NCBI GenBank assembly: GCA_013239625.1
Contig: MU053559.1
Coordinates: forward strand, 3,536,607-3,600,606
Length of the DNA stretch: 64,000 bases
Direction of reading: 5' to 3'
From: Lama guanicoe
Lineage: Eukaryota
The stretch's first letter is position 1, and the number at the start of each line of letters is the position of its first letter. The notes below the pieces were generated by a model. That model did no database searches. It saw only the letters and a program-made list of their open reading frames with translations, and was not told the DNA's origin. The translations under genes were made by a program, and so were the position numbers. Shown here piece after piece: positions 50,560 to 61,620 of this stretch.

Positions 50560-51400
50560 TCTGCAAGTTGCATATATTGGACATTTATCACATAGTGGAC
50601 ATTTTTCTCCCTTTTGACTGCCCAGCACCTAAACTCCTTTCTTGCATTTGGGGAACGCGCTATGGAATTCACATAATGACCTGGTGGGAGACAGGTACTG
50701 ACAACTGGGGCACAGTCATGTGACCCAAGCCCAGTCAATTAATATGGACTTTGGATTCAGAATGCATTCAGGGCTTGCAAATCAGAATGAATGATAAAGG
50801 TAGTTTAGGCTTTATTCTGCCATGACTACTGGTGGCCAACAGTGCCCAGCCGTGGCACCCTAACCAGGGAATTTTCCTCTGCATGGCTATGATCGTCCTG
50901 ACTGCTGTTTGTCATCTATTTCCAGTTCTTTTCTTCTTCTGGGAACATGATACAGTTTCATTTTCTGGCCGCCTTCTGGTTGAGTGGACCAGTTATAGCC
51001 AATGAGTTGGACTGGAAGTGATGAGTGTTCCTTCAGGACTGAGAATGTAATTGGTCGAGTGAGATCATCCAGAGTTATCTTTTTCTTCTAGTATGGACAC
51101 TGGCAAGGTTTGAGATGGTGGCTGCCTTAGCAGCTTGGGACCTTGAGGGACTATATTGAGCAGAGGCTCTCTGTCAACCCAAGACGGATTGAGTAAGAAA
51201 TAAGCCTTTATTGATTTAAGCTGCTTAAACATAACCTAGTCGACCCTGTAAGTTTGGTTCCTGTTCATTTATTAGCCTTGTTCTTTACTCTTCCCACTGA
51301 TTCTGTGAGCCAACCTATATCTTTCCAACAAGCCCATTCTTTCATAAGATAGATAGAATCGATTTCAGTCATTTACTACCAAGAATATCAAGTGGCCCAC
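50560..51400 (+). mobile_element. Nested old LTR fragments (MLT1/ERVL-like)
   Basis: gtcatgtgacccaagcccagtcaat, gccaatgagttggactggaagtgatg, gagtaagaaataagccttt...tttaagct. Confidence 0.5.
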
Positions 51401-52620
51401 TGGGGATACACTGACAGCTGTGACAGAAGATGGTCATGGCAATGTGCAACCTTTCATTTGTAAGAAAGAAAGTTATTTTGGCCTAAGGGTTGTTTGCAAA
51501 TTGTTACGAACAAGAAGTAGACTATTCAGGAGGAAGGAACATTGTCAGAAATCCTAACGCTCTATATCTCGGTAGCTCTGCTACCTCTAGAATGTCACTG
51601 CCACCTTTACCATTTGAAATCTATTCCTCCAGCGTTGATGTGAAGGCCACATAAGAAATATCATGTGAAAATGTTCTGTAACCTTAGCAGGGCTGTACAA
51701 ATGTGACAGCTTATCCCTGACCCAGGCTGGGACTTTGCCAGTCTAGGCCATGGAGAATTTAAGGAGTCCCACGGTAGTAAAACTTGAGACTGAATTATTA
51801 AGTAACTATGCAAAGAGCAGATCACTGCAACCACTGTGTAAATATGGCAGGCAATTAGGGACCTTAGGAAGGACATCAGCTAGAGTTTCAGCTGGGCTTG
51901 TGTACATAGGGTGTTAGAAGAGCACCTATAGACTAATGAAAAGAGCTTTACATCCAACTGAAGTTTCACTTGAAAGTCTCTTTCTTATGATGAGGCAACT
52001 GCTTCTAGATTCTTCTTCTCCTTGACAAAAGCATTGTATCAGACCCTTCAGGTGCTTTGCCTCATGTTTCCCTAGCACGTCTCTGGTCCCAGCTATTGAA
52101 CTAGCAACCAGCTCGGCACAGGTAGAAGAAGCTCATAGGTCTGTCATTTATCAGCTGTGTGATGTTGCAAAAGCCTCCATCCCTGGTAGTCATAGTGTCC
52201 TTATGGGTGTGTTTTTACTGAGGAGGTGACCTGGGTTTCAAGTCAACTTGGAAATAGCCAAGGATAGGGCTGTGACCTCTGGAATTTGGACTCTGCCACC
52301 TTTGGCCCTCTGACACTGAAGGCCTCTGTCCAGGCCCCACGTTGGGGGTATGGCCAACTCCCAGTTAGGAATTGTCACTAATTCTGTTATTGCTTTTATG
52401 GCTGTTATTTTGCCTCACAGTGACTGGCTATACGTTTACTTAATTTTAAAATTATTTGTAGCTTACCATTTCTGGTTGTGTCCACTTTTACTCTGTTTAG
52501 CCTGTTTTAAATTATTTTTCTATGAATTAGGATCCCATTTTCTTTTCTATTCTTTGACTCTCTACGATTTATGCTTTTAAAAACTCTTGCCTTTGATTTC
52601 CTCATTATTTTATATGACCT

Positions 52621-52736
52621 TTTTGGGGGGAAGAAATTAGGTTTATTTGTTTTGATTTTATTTTTTTAATGGAGGCTCTGGGGATTGAACCCAGGACCTT
52701 GTGCACATGCTCTACCACTGAGCTATACCCTCCCCC
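52621..52736 (-). mobile_element. tRNA-Ala-derived SINE (Vic-1-like) with internal deletion
   Basis: ggggattgaacccaggaccttgtgcacatgctctaccactgagctataccctcccc lacks the gctaagc anticodon-loop segment. Confidence 0.9.
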
Positions 52737-53354
52737 GCCAAACTTTTATTTTTAAAATCACCTTTTAATATTTTTACTCTTTTCTTTTTTACTTTCAGTA
52801 CACTAACAAATTCTTTTGATTTCAACTCCTTACATTTTTACCATTTTGTTTCATTTTATTCAATTGTTTAATATGATAAACATCCTTCTAAATGATAAGT
52901 CTTTACCGGTTACCTTCCCCTGTCATTTCTACCATTCATTGTAACTGTTACCCACTGTTACAGTTGTCCAAGAAGAAACTTTCGTTTCGTTTTGTTTTCT
53001 TGTTTCACATCCAGATCCCAAGCTGGGATCTATTCTTTTTCTTCTACCTTTCAAGCAGGTGGCTTGTTTCCAGCGAGCCCTTTCATTGACCCATTCCTTT
53101 TAGTCTTTGGGCTTCATCCAATGTCTCAGTTCCAACAACTCATGCAGCATGAGTCCAAAACACTGCCTCCTGTCCAATGCTGCCCTTAAAAGCCAGTTCC
53201 CTTGGTTAAGAAAATCATCAGAGCCCCAGTATAGCTGTAGTGTCATATGATCACTTGCTTTTCCATCTGCCTCTTAAGTTTTGGCCCCTCGTGTTTTCTA
53301 TCACTTTCTTACTAACCTCCTATACATTTAAAAAGATGTCTGTTATGTCTCTCT

Positions 53355-53662
53355 GTTTTCTATTGAGATGATATTCACATACTATGAAATTAACCATTTG
53401 AAGTACACAATTCAGTGACATTTAGTACATTCACAGTGCTGTGCAACCACCACCTCTATCTACTTCCAAAAAATATTGTCTTCACCTCAAAGGGAAACCC
53501 TGCACCCATTCAGAAGTTAATCCCCCATTTCCCATCCCCCAGCCCCTGACAACCACAACTCTGCTTTCTGTCTTTATGGATTTACATATTCCGGATATTT
53601 CATATAAATGCTATCATACAATATGTGACCTTTTGTATCTGGCTTCTTTTATTTAGCATCAT
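53355..53662 (-). mobile_element. Old L1 (L1MB-like) 3' end
   Basis: ttgagatgatattcacatac...aagtacacaattcagtgacatttagtacattcacagtgctgtgcaaccaccacc...ctggcttcttttatttagcat. Confidence 0.85.
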
Positions 53663-54737
53663 GTGATGTTCGTTATATTTTATCTAGAGTTCTTAGCTGT
53701 TTTGTATTGGGAGAATTTTCAGGCCATCCAGTATATAGATGATGTTGCTGGAAATGGAAGTCCTAGATCTGATTATTACCATGAGTAGGAAATTAAGGGG
53801 CTTTATTGAAAATCCGTTTGACTGATATTTATCTCTCAGAGGTCCAAAACTTTCACTCAATGTTTTACTTCTTTTTAAGCAAGCATAAGAGAGTTTCCTC
53901 CACTATTTGGTCAATCCTTCTGTAAAACAGTGGGCATTCAAAGTATAAATTCACTTTATCCATATTTTGAATCCAGTAAATTTTGTTTAATAAATTATTA
54001 GAAAAGTGATTTTTTTCCTAGCTTCACCACAGGAAAAAAACTTCTTGATTCAGGAAAAATGCATTGTGAATATATATCCTTGCTTATTTCTTCCATAGAG
54101 ATCAATTTTTAATAAACTTCCAAATAGTAGTTAGAAGTAACCATTGTTTCTCAAAGTGATGAAATAAAGACTCCAGGACAGGATAGCCAGAGGCAAACAA
54201 TATGGCACCTGTTTTGGCAGAATAATTTTGAACATGAAAATTTTTCAAGGGTTTTTGAACTGATGTCACAGTGTTTATCAGTTGAAGAGAGCTGCCTCTT
54301 GGGAGGGACCCCAGATTTTCAAAGGTGTCTCTCCTTTACCTTTATGATGGCCAATTTTTCTTCTCTCCCAAATTATAGACGCAGAAGCATTTATTAAAGG
54401 TAATCATCTCATAATTAGCCAGTAATGATTTGCCTTTCATTGTCAGGTGCACTTATTTCAATGAGTCAATCTGATGAGATCAACCCAGGACCACTGAAGT
54501 CAGGACCTTTGAAGTGAATGTGTGTGATCTTAATGGATATAGTTCATCATTTGCTTTTTCATCATCCAGGATCCATGTCTAGCAGCATCTTTATTCATCT
54601 TAGAGACGAGCTTATCAGATGCATAGGCTTTATTTGCTCAAGTTGTCTCTTATTTGTCTCAGTCGGATAGGAAAAGAATTACATTAGAGACTTCTTGGAC
54701 ATCTAATTCAACTGGTACAGGGTGCTTTCATCTAGAT

Positions 54738-55555
54738 CAAGGGCTCTCAACGGTGGTGGTGGGGGGGGTGGTTTCCTCTGGGAGACATGTGGCAATGTCT
54801 GGAGACATCTTTGTTTGTCACAAACAAATGGCAGGAGAAGGGGGAGCAGTGGTGGTGTGCTAGTATCCAGTGGGTAGAAGCCTGGTGTATCATTTATGGC
54901 TCTCTGGAGAAACAATCAGTAAGATGAAGATATATATACACATATGACATGTATATATACATTTATATAATATATATAAATATATAATTAATATATTATA
55001 TATATAATATGTTATATATATAACATATATATAATGAAGAATAGGCTCATACAATGTGAAGGCAACAAAGTCCCACGATCTGCCATTTGCATGCTGGCGA
55101 CCCAGGAAAACCTGTGCTGTAATTCCATCCAAATCTGAACGCTTGAGAACCAAGAGAGCCAGTGGTTTAAATTCCAGCCAGAGGGCCAGAGACAGTCAGA
55201 TGAGATGTTCCAAGTCAAGCAGGCAGGCAGAAAGCAAGAGGGTCAAATTCCTCCTTCTCTCGTGTTTTGTTCTGTTGAGGCCCTCAATTGATTGGATGAT
55301 GCCCACCTCAATTGGAGAGGGCGATCTGCTTTAGTAAGTCCACAGATTCACGTGCTAATGTCATCTGGAAACATTCTCACAGACACACCCAGAAATACTG
55401 TTTAATCTGGGCACTCTGTGGCCAGTCAAGTTGACGCATCAAACTGACCATCACATGAGGAGTGTGGCTAAGCATGCTACAATGCTCGGGACAGCCCTCA
55501 TAACAAAAAATTATCCTGTTCAAAGTGTCATCTGCGCAGAGGCTGAGAAACCCTT
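54738..55555 (+). mobile_element. MER20 interrupted by an MLT2 LTR
   Basis: 5' half ggcaatgtctggagacat...atccagtgggtagaagcc (to ~54882); 3' half gctaagcatgctacaatgctcgggacagccc...gaggctgagaaaccct (from ~55456). Confidence 0.8.
54886..55455 (-). mobile_element. MLT2 (ERVL) solo LTR with internal TA-rich tract (~54930-55033)
   Basis: aagtcccacgatctgcc...gattggatgatgcccacc...acagacacacccagaaat...ccagtcaagttgac...accatcaca. Confidence 0.85.
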
Positions 55556-56427
55556 ATCTAACCTGAAGCAATTTCAGATTTTAAATCTTGTTTCTTCTTG
55601 GTTTCAGATGGATTTTAAATGACTTTGAAAAATACACTGAAAGTCTGCCAGGCCAGAGAATATGCTGTCGCTATTAACACCTTTATATCAAAATGTGAAA
55701 AATCTAAGATTTAATCTCTTACATTTCAATTTTCCATCTCAAGAAACTTAACACCTGTATTCTAGTTGGATATATCCCCAAATATAATCCTTAAACCACT
55801 AATGGGTGACAAAGGTTCCCCCTGAGAAGCTATAAACAGACGTAAACATGTCGATTTTTACATCACGTCAGCATTTCGAAGAGTATCACATGCAATTCTA
55901 TAGATTTTTATTGAATTTTGCTTCACTGGTGCTATTTCTACCGGAAAGCGCAATGAGCAGGACCAGCAGCTGTGGGATCTTTTTCTGTAAGTAATCCTCA
56001 GTCCAAAAAAGCTGGAGACCCATTGCTGCCCAGACTTTTCTTTGCAACAGTTCCTCCTGCCCAGCCCCCTGCTGAGATAAATGTGCCCGTTCCTTCTCTC
56101 CACTACTCTTTACCTTTAGATCTTGGTCCTCCGTCGAGACCCACCTCAAGCTGCCTCCCGCTGGCGGATGTATGCATTTATTTGTTCATTCATTACGCAC
56201 ATTGAGAATCTCCTGAACACCACTACCAGTAGGCTAGGGGCTGGAGACACAGGAAAGGCCCTCAAAAACAGAATTCCTTGAGTGCCCTCATTGTTGGAAA
56301 AATTCTGATCTCTGTTAACATTCCCTTTCCCTGCACCCCACAATTTGAGACTTGATCACATTCTGCTCAAATTGATTTCGTTGTGTCAATTTCTCCTCCT
56401 GAACCAGAACGAAATATCTTTTCCAGC

Positions 56428-56615
56428 TAGGGTTGCCAGATAAAGTACCGGCCCTCCAGTTAATTTTGACTTTCAGATAAACAACAGAGAATTTTTTAAT
56501 ACGACGGTGTTGCAAATGTTTCATGAGACACATTTATATTAAAAAGAGATGATTTGTCGAAATTCAAGTGTAACTGAGCATCTTGTATTTTTATTTGCTA
56601 AAGCTGGCAACCCTC
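56428..56615 (+). mobile_element. MER53-like element, uninterrupted
   Basis: Perfect 11-bp TIR agggttgccag (56429-56439) / ctggcaaccct (56604-56614); ~190 bp long. Confidence 0.8.
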
Positions 56616-57715
56616 TTTAGGGTAAGTGTTGTCTAATATTTTCCTTACATCTCCCAAGGATGTATGAGAGAGGTCTGGGTGTGCTGTCAGTACTCAAATA
56701 AGCAATTGTCTTATTCCTCCGAGGGACACAGAAAGTTAAAATGTTTTTCCTCCAAAGGCAGGGACAGTGAGTAATTTGTTCTGGTTCCTACTTACATCAT
56801 AGTTAAATCAGTTGTGATCTGAAGTAGGAGCAGGCTTCCAGGAAATGGTGGACTTTAGGGCATAACTTCTAAAATATCAAATTATGAGAGAGAAGAGAAT
56901 TCAAGCCCGAGGGATTCCCCCCACCCTGAGGAGGAGAGGGTGGGTGGAAGTCTGTCTTTTAGTCCCATCCATTCCGAAGTGAGTTTCACATCGAGCATTG
57001 GTATATGGATAGTGCAGGAAAACAACTTGTTTCAGTCACAATTATTTGGATAATTAATCATGAAAATTTAACTGCAAATAATATTTTTTTACATCTGGCA
57101 CTTGGCTATCAAGGAATATTATACTGTTACTTCAGTCACCATTATAACTGAAAATACATGAAGCTGCTCCTGAAATTGATGAAATGACTTAACTGCCCAG
57201 AAAGCATAAACAGTCATTGCCAAATAGCATCCATTCTGAGACCAGCAGGTCAGAGTTTCTATTTGCAATAGCAACTACAAGTATTGCTTTTTGGAACCAG
57301 AAAATGCTCTGTCATGTGGAATTTGTCAGGAAATGTCATACGGATTGCAGAGTATTACAGAAACAGGAAAGACTGTCACACAAAATGCCACGACAACCTC
57401 AGGACATGTGAGATTTTTCATACTTGTTTTTCCTAGGCAGGAGTCCTGCATTCTCATCTTGGCTGTATTAATGGATGTTGTTGTTTGCAGGAGGAAGGGG
57501 CGTCAGAGATGAGATTACTTCCTGTGCTTAGAGTCTTCTGTCCGTTCAATTGTCTCGCTATTAGGACCACCTGAAGCTGACCTTGTTCTTTGTTCCCAAG
57601 GCTTTAGGTGAGCGGCTATAGGCACGTGACAGTGGAGATGTAGACCAGATGGCTCCAAAGTTCTTTTCCAGGTCTGTGACCCCCATCACCAGTCCTCTTA
57701 ATATTGAAAGGTGTT

Positions 57716-57862
57716 GGGGAGGGTATAGCTCAGTAGTGGAGTGTATGCCTAGCATGCATGAGGTCCTGGGTTCAATCTCCAGTACCTCCATTAAAAATAA
57801 GTAAATAAACCAAATTACCTCGACTGCCACCCCTCAAAAAAATAGAGAACAAAAAAAATATG
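57716..57862 (+). mobile_element. tRNA-Ala-derived SINE (Vic-1-like)
   Basis: ggggagggtatagctcag...gggttcaatctcc; TSD attgaaaggtgtt/attgaaaggtatt. Confidence 0.92.
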
Positions 57863-58149
57863 ATTGAAAGGTATTAATGTCTCACCAGTCTTGAGGAGAC
57901 AGAAAGTTTATTTGAATTTGTTCTAGGTTATTCCAGGTGGAGAACAAAGAAACTATCTGATTTACTAAAGTAGGAAGGAAGAAAGATGGGGAAATTTTCT
58001 TTTCTTTGGAATACATCTTCAGTTACTCAGCATAGTTGGACAATATTTTTCAGATTAACACAAACTTATTAGCCAATGACCACTTTTCACAGCTTTTGAA
58101 TGTAATAAAATAGGCTTAATAAAATGATAGTCAACAGATTTTTAAGAAT

Positions 58150-58560
58150 ATCTTATTCTAAGAATTTTCATAAATGTACACAGAAAAGAAGAAGAATATG
58201 TCATTTCTCAAGCATCTAGCTCCCAGTTTCAATATCTAGCACTATTTTGCCAGTCTTGTTTTATTTACAACCACCACTATTTTTTTCCTACTGTATTTTG
58301 AAGCAAATCTCATTATATTCTTTTATACTCAAATATTTAGTATGCATCTCTAATGGATAAAAATATTTTTATGTAACCACCATGGCTTTATCACATATAT
58401 CAAAATGAGCAATAATTGCTTAATAACATCTCATAGCCCATCCATAGTCAAATTTCTCCATTTGTCACCCAAATGCAATTGATTTATTCTAATCAGGAGC
58501 CAAACAAATCTACACATTGCGTTTGTTTGAGTCTCTGAAGAGGCTTTTATAGTGAGCACA
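58150..58560 (-). mobile_element. Old L1 (L1ME/MC-like) 3' end
   Basis: tattttgaagcaaatctc...aaatatttagtatgcatctcta...taaccaccatggc...aatcaggagccaaacaa...cacattgc. Confidence 0.6.
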
Positions 58561-59032
58561 ATTTAATCTTTTTTTATTAGACAATTTAGAAAATATATCA
58601 AGATTTCGGAGACTCTTGGGATCCTTAATATAATAATAATTACACTGTACATGGCCAGATATCTGTGAGGAAGTGGTTATGGTATACAGAATGGCAGGCT
58701 GTGGTTTAGAGCTTTGGAATAGAACCAAAGTGAGACCATGGCCTTTGTCACATAGCCTCTTTCAGAAAATGTGTAAAGGGCTTAGTTGAGCTTTGTTGGC
58801 TTTGCTGTATAAATGCTTTAGCTAACATTTTCCAGTTGCAAACAAATACCTCCAACATACTATCTAAAGTCAAGGCTATCTATTAGAGAAATCACAGTAA
58901 GATTTGAAGACATTTCTACTGCAGGATCTTTATGGGTGAGAAGTATTTCAGGGAAGAACTAGTGGGTCATTTGATTTACTGAGGGAGAAAACACCATTTC
59001 CAGTAGGACGAGAAGCTTCCCCAAAAAGGCTA

Positions 59033-59190
59033 GTGTTGCCGAAAAACCAGCCTCTGTATCCTGATAGCTGAATTGAGAGTCAGAAGCAGAGTTTTGGGAG
59101 AATTAGAAAAGAACAGATTTATTGCTTTGCTGGGCAAAGGGAGTCACTGCAAGCTAATGCCTTAGGGACTGTGAGCCCATCTTGGGGTCT
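59033..59190 (-). mobile_element. ERV LTR fragment
   Basis: tgttgccgaaa...agagttttgggagaattagaaaagaacagatttattgctttgc (antisense AATAAA) ...gctaatgcc. Confidence 0.5.
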
Positions 59191-59592
59191 GCAGATTAGA
59201 GGTTAGATCATGGTTATGAGACAATATTACCTTTCTCATTTTGAGGGCTGTATCACAGTTTTGGAGGAGAATAACTTTGTTCCTAGGAAATACACACTAA
59301 AGTATTTGGAGGTCGTGGTGATGGGACATCATGTCAACAAGTTATTCTCAAATACTTCGAAGAATAAAAGATTCTTTTGTCCTGTACTTGCAACTTTTCT
59401 TAAAGTTTGAAACTGTGTAAAACAACATAATTGCAGAGAGAAAACAGCTTCTATCTTTTCCTGATTTGGGACGCAGCTTTTATCACATGGTAAGTTTCCA
59501 TATGCAATGGAACCAGTTTACGCAATTCCATTCCATTGGGTTGTCTACTCATGAATTAATGCCACTCTGTTTTAGTCCAAGAAGCTATTATA

Positions 59593-60002
59593 CTGTTTAA
59601 AAAAACTTAATTCAACTAAGTACATTTAGAGCTCTAATTGGCTTTACTCAAAGATTCATGATTTGGGCAGCGCTCCATCTAGCAAGGAGCAAGGAGCTCC
59701 GAGGGGCTGTACAAAATGCAAGGTTTTTAACGGCAGAGAGGGGGTGGGCCAAGTAAGTCCCTAAACAAAAGAGCAAGTTATTTCAGGCAAGGACACTTTC
59801 CTTTGGAAGAAGACAAGATCTACTAGGCATACTACCTCACTGGTGCTTACCAGGAAATTCCAGGCTGACTAGTTAAGGTTACATTTCTGGGGAAGATTAA
59901 AACTGCAATTATGTTAGATATTAAGTCTTGATTCAGTGATGAGGATCAGCACAAGTGACTCCATTTTGGGCCTATTGTTTCTTTTCTTTTTTTTTTAAAC
60001 AA
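59593..60002 (-). mobile_element. ERV1-like solo LTR
   Basis: TG..CA-bounded (tgtttaaaa...ttaaaca), with ctaattggcttta...gattcatga...gggcagc and caagtgactccattttggg. Confidence 0.55.
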
Positions 60003-60074
60003 TACCTAGTAAGTTCAGCCCTCTGTTTCCCTTTATTTTTCTTCTTTTCTTCAGGATTTTCCCAGCTATTCTAC

Positions 60075-60472
60075 GGTAAAACTGTCTCTATTTGCATAAC
60101 CTTTGTGTAAAACTCAAATCAATAGAAAATACTGCAAATGACAAGAGATTTTAATAAAGTAATAGGTTATAAAATAAATATACAAACATGAAAGTCCTCC
60201 ATTTAAAATAAATAATATTATATTCAAAGATATAATGAAACAAAAGTCCTCCATTCACCAGAGAAAAAAACTTTTAATTTACCTAGGCACAGAATTAACA
60301 AGATGCATCCAAACTCTATATGAGGAAAATTACAAGACAATTTGGAAATACACGGGATTATACTAGATCAAGTGGAAAAATATTCCATGCTCTTGGATAA
60401 AAGGAGTCAACATCATAAAAATATTGGTTCAACCCAAGTTAATTTTATAAATTTAACAGATCCAAGTAAAAT
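60075..60472 (+). mobile_element. Old L1 ORF2 fragment
   Basis: tatatgaggaaaattacaagaca...aagtggaaaaatattccatgctcttggata (KWKNIPCSWI of L1 ORF2). Confidence 0.75.
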
Positions 60473-60474
60473 CT

Positions 60475-61110
60475 GTCAGCCCCCTTGAGGGATTGTCTCA
60501 ACTGTTGAAAGCCAGGTCACCGTCCCCAAGTAACCCACAACCAATGAGAGATTGAGGCAGGAATACAGAGGCCTGGCCCCTGCTCCAAGGGAGAACAAGC
60601 TTGCAGGGTCTTTCCAGTCCCAGAAATCCCCGTGGGTTGGCTGAGCCTTCCACTGGGGCTGAATCACAAGTCAATTTCTTCAACTTCGTGCTTTCTTCTT
60701 TTCCCTTTGGCAGCTCTGGATCCTGAGAGCACTCCCTAATAAATCTCCTGTTCACTTGCCTCTGTGAAACTGAGTAAGCACACTAATGCCTTGCTAACCT
60801 GTGTGAGCAAACCTATACCTCAGTCCACACACTCACATCTGAGAAACGGAAATTTAGAAACAACCAATCACAAATAGCCGCTTGAGCTCTAGCCAATCAA
60901 ATAATTCCCTTGCTTTACTTCCTTCTCTGCTCTATGAAAGTCTTGCCCCTAGCTCTTGTCACCAGAGTGCCCCCAACCACCTTCAGTTTGGCACTCCTCA
61001 GTTCAAATGGATTCTTGCTCAAATAAACTCCTGAAAATTTTAATGTGCCTCAGTTTATCTTTGGACTCGTGTTTCCGATTCTGCTTCCTGAATAATCTAG
61101 ATTACTACGA
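60475..61110 (+). mobile_element. LTR16-like element interrupted by a younger LTR
   Basis: gatcctgagagcactccctaataaatctcctg before the insert and ttctgcttcctg...actacga after it. Confidence 0.55.
60763..61066 (+). mobile_element. ERV1-like solo LTR
   Basis: Starts tgtgaaac; two CCAATCA boxes (60864, 60893); gctcaaataaactc with AATAAA at 61022-61027. Confidence 0.65.
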
Positions 61111-61479
61111 CCCAGGCTCTTGGATTTTGGTTGATCTGTGAGCACAGACCCCTCAGTCCTGTGGGATTAGACGCAGTACCATCAGCCTCATGTTTTTGGC
61201 ACAAGGCTGTTCTCTGCTGCTGAAGAAAATTACCTCAACCCAATTATGATACTGCTACCCGAGGAACGGTAGCTTGCTGCAGTTTCTCTAGTTTTCCCCC
61301 TCTGGTAGAACATTTTTATTCCCTTGGAGATGTGGGTGCTTGACTTAAAAAACATGGCGATGCTATACATCTTCTAAAGAGGCCCCTCGCCACACTCAGT
61401 TGCTGGGCCACATCTTGGCTGTACCATCACAGACCAATGGGTCTCAGTGTGAGCTGCCAAACACCCTAATTATGCAATC

Positions 61480-61620
61480 CCTTATATATACTTAATATAT
61501 TATTATATATTAATAATTATATTATACTTATAATGCGTAATTAATTAATATAGGATATATTCATATATGTATATGTAATATGTAGGTCTATGATTATATC
61601 CAATATTACTATATATTTCA
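61480..61620. repeat. AT-rich low-complexity tract
   Basis: tatatatacttaatatattattatatattaataattatattat... Confidence 0.75.
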
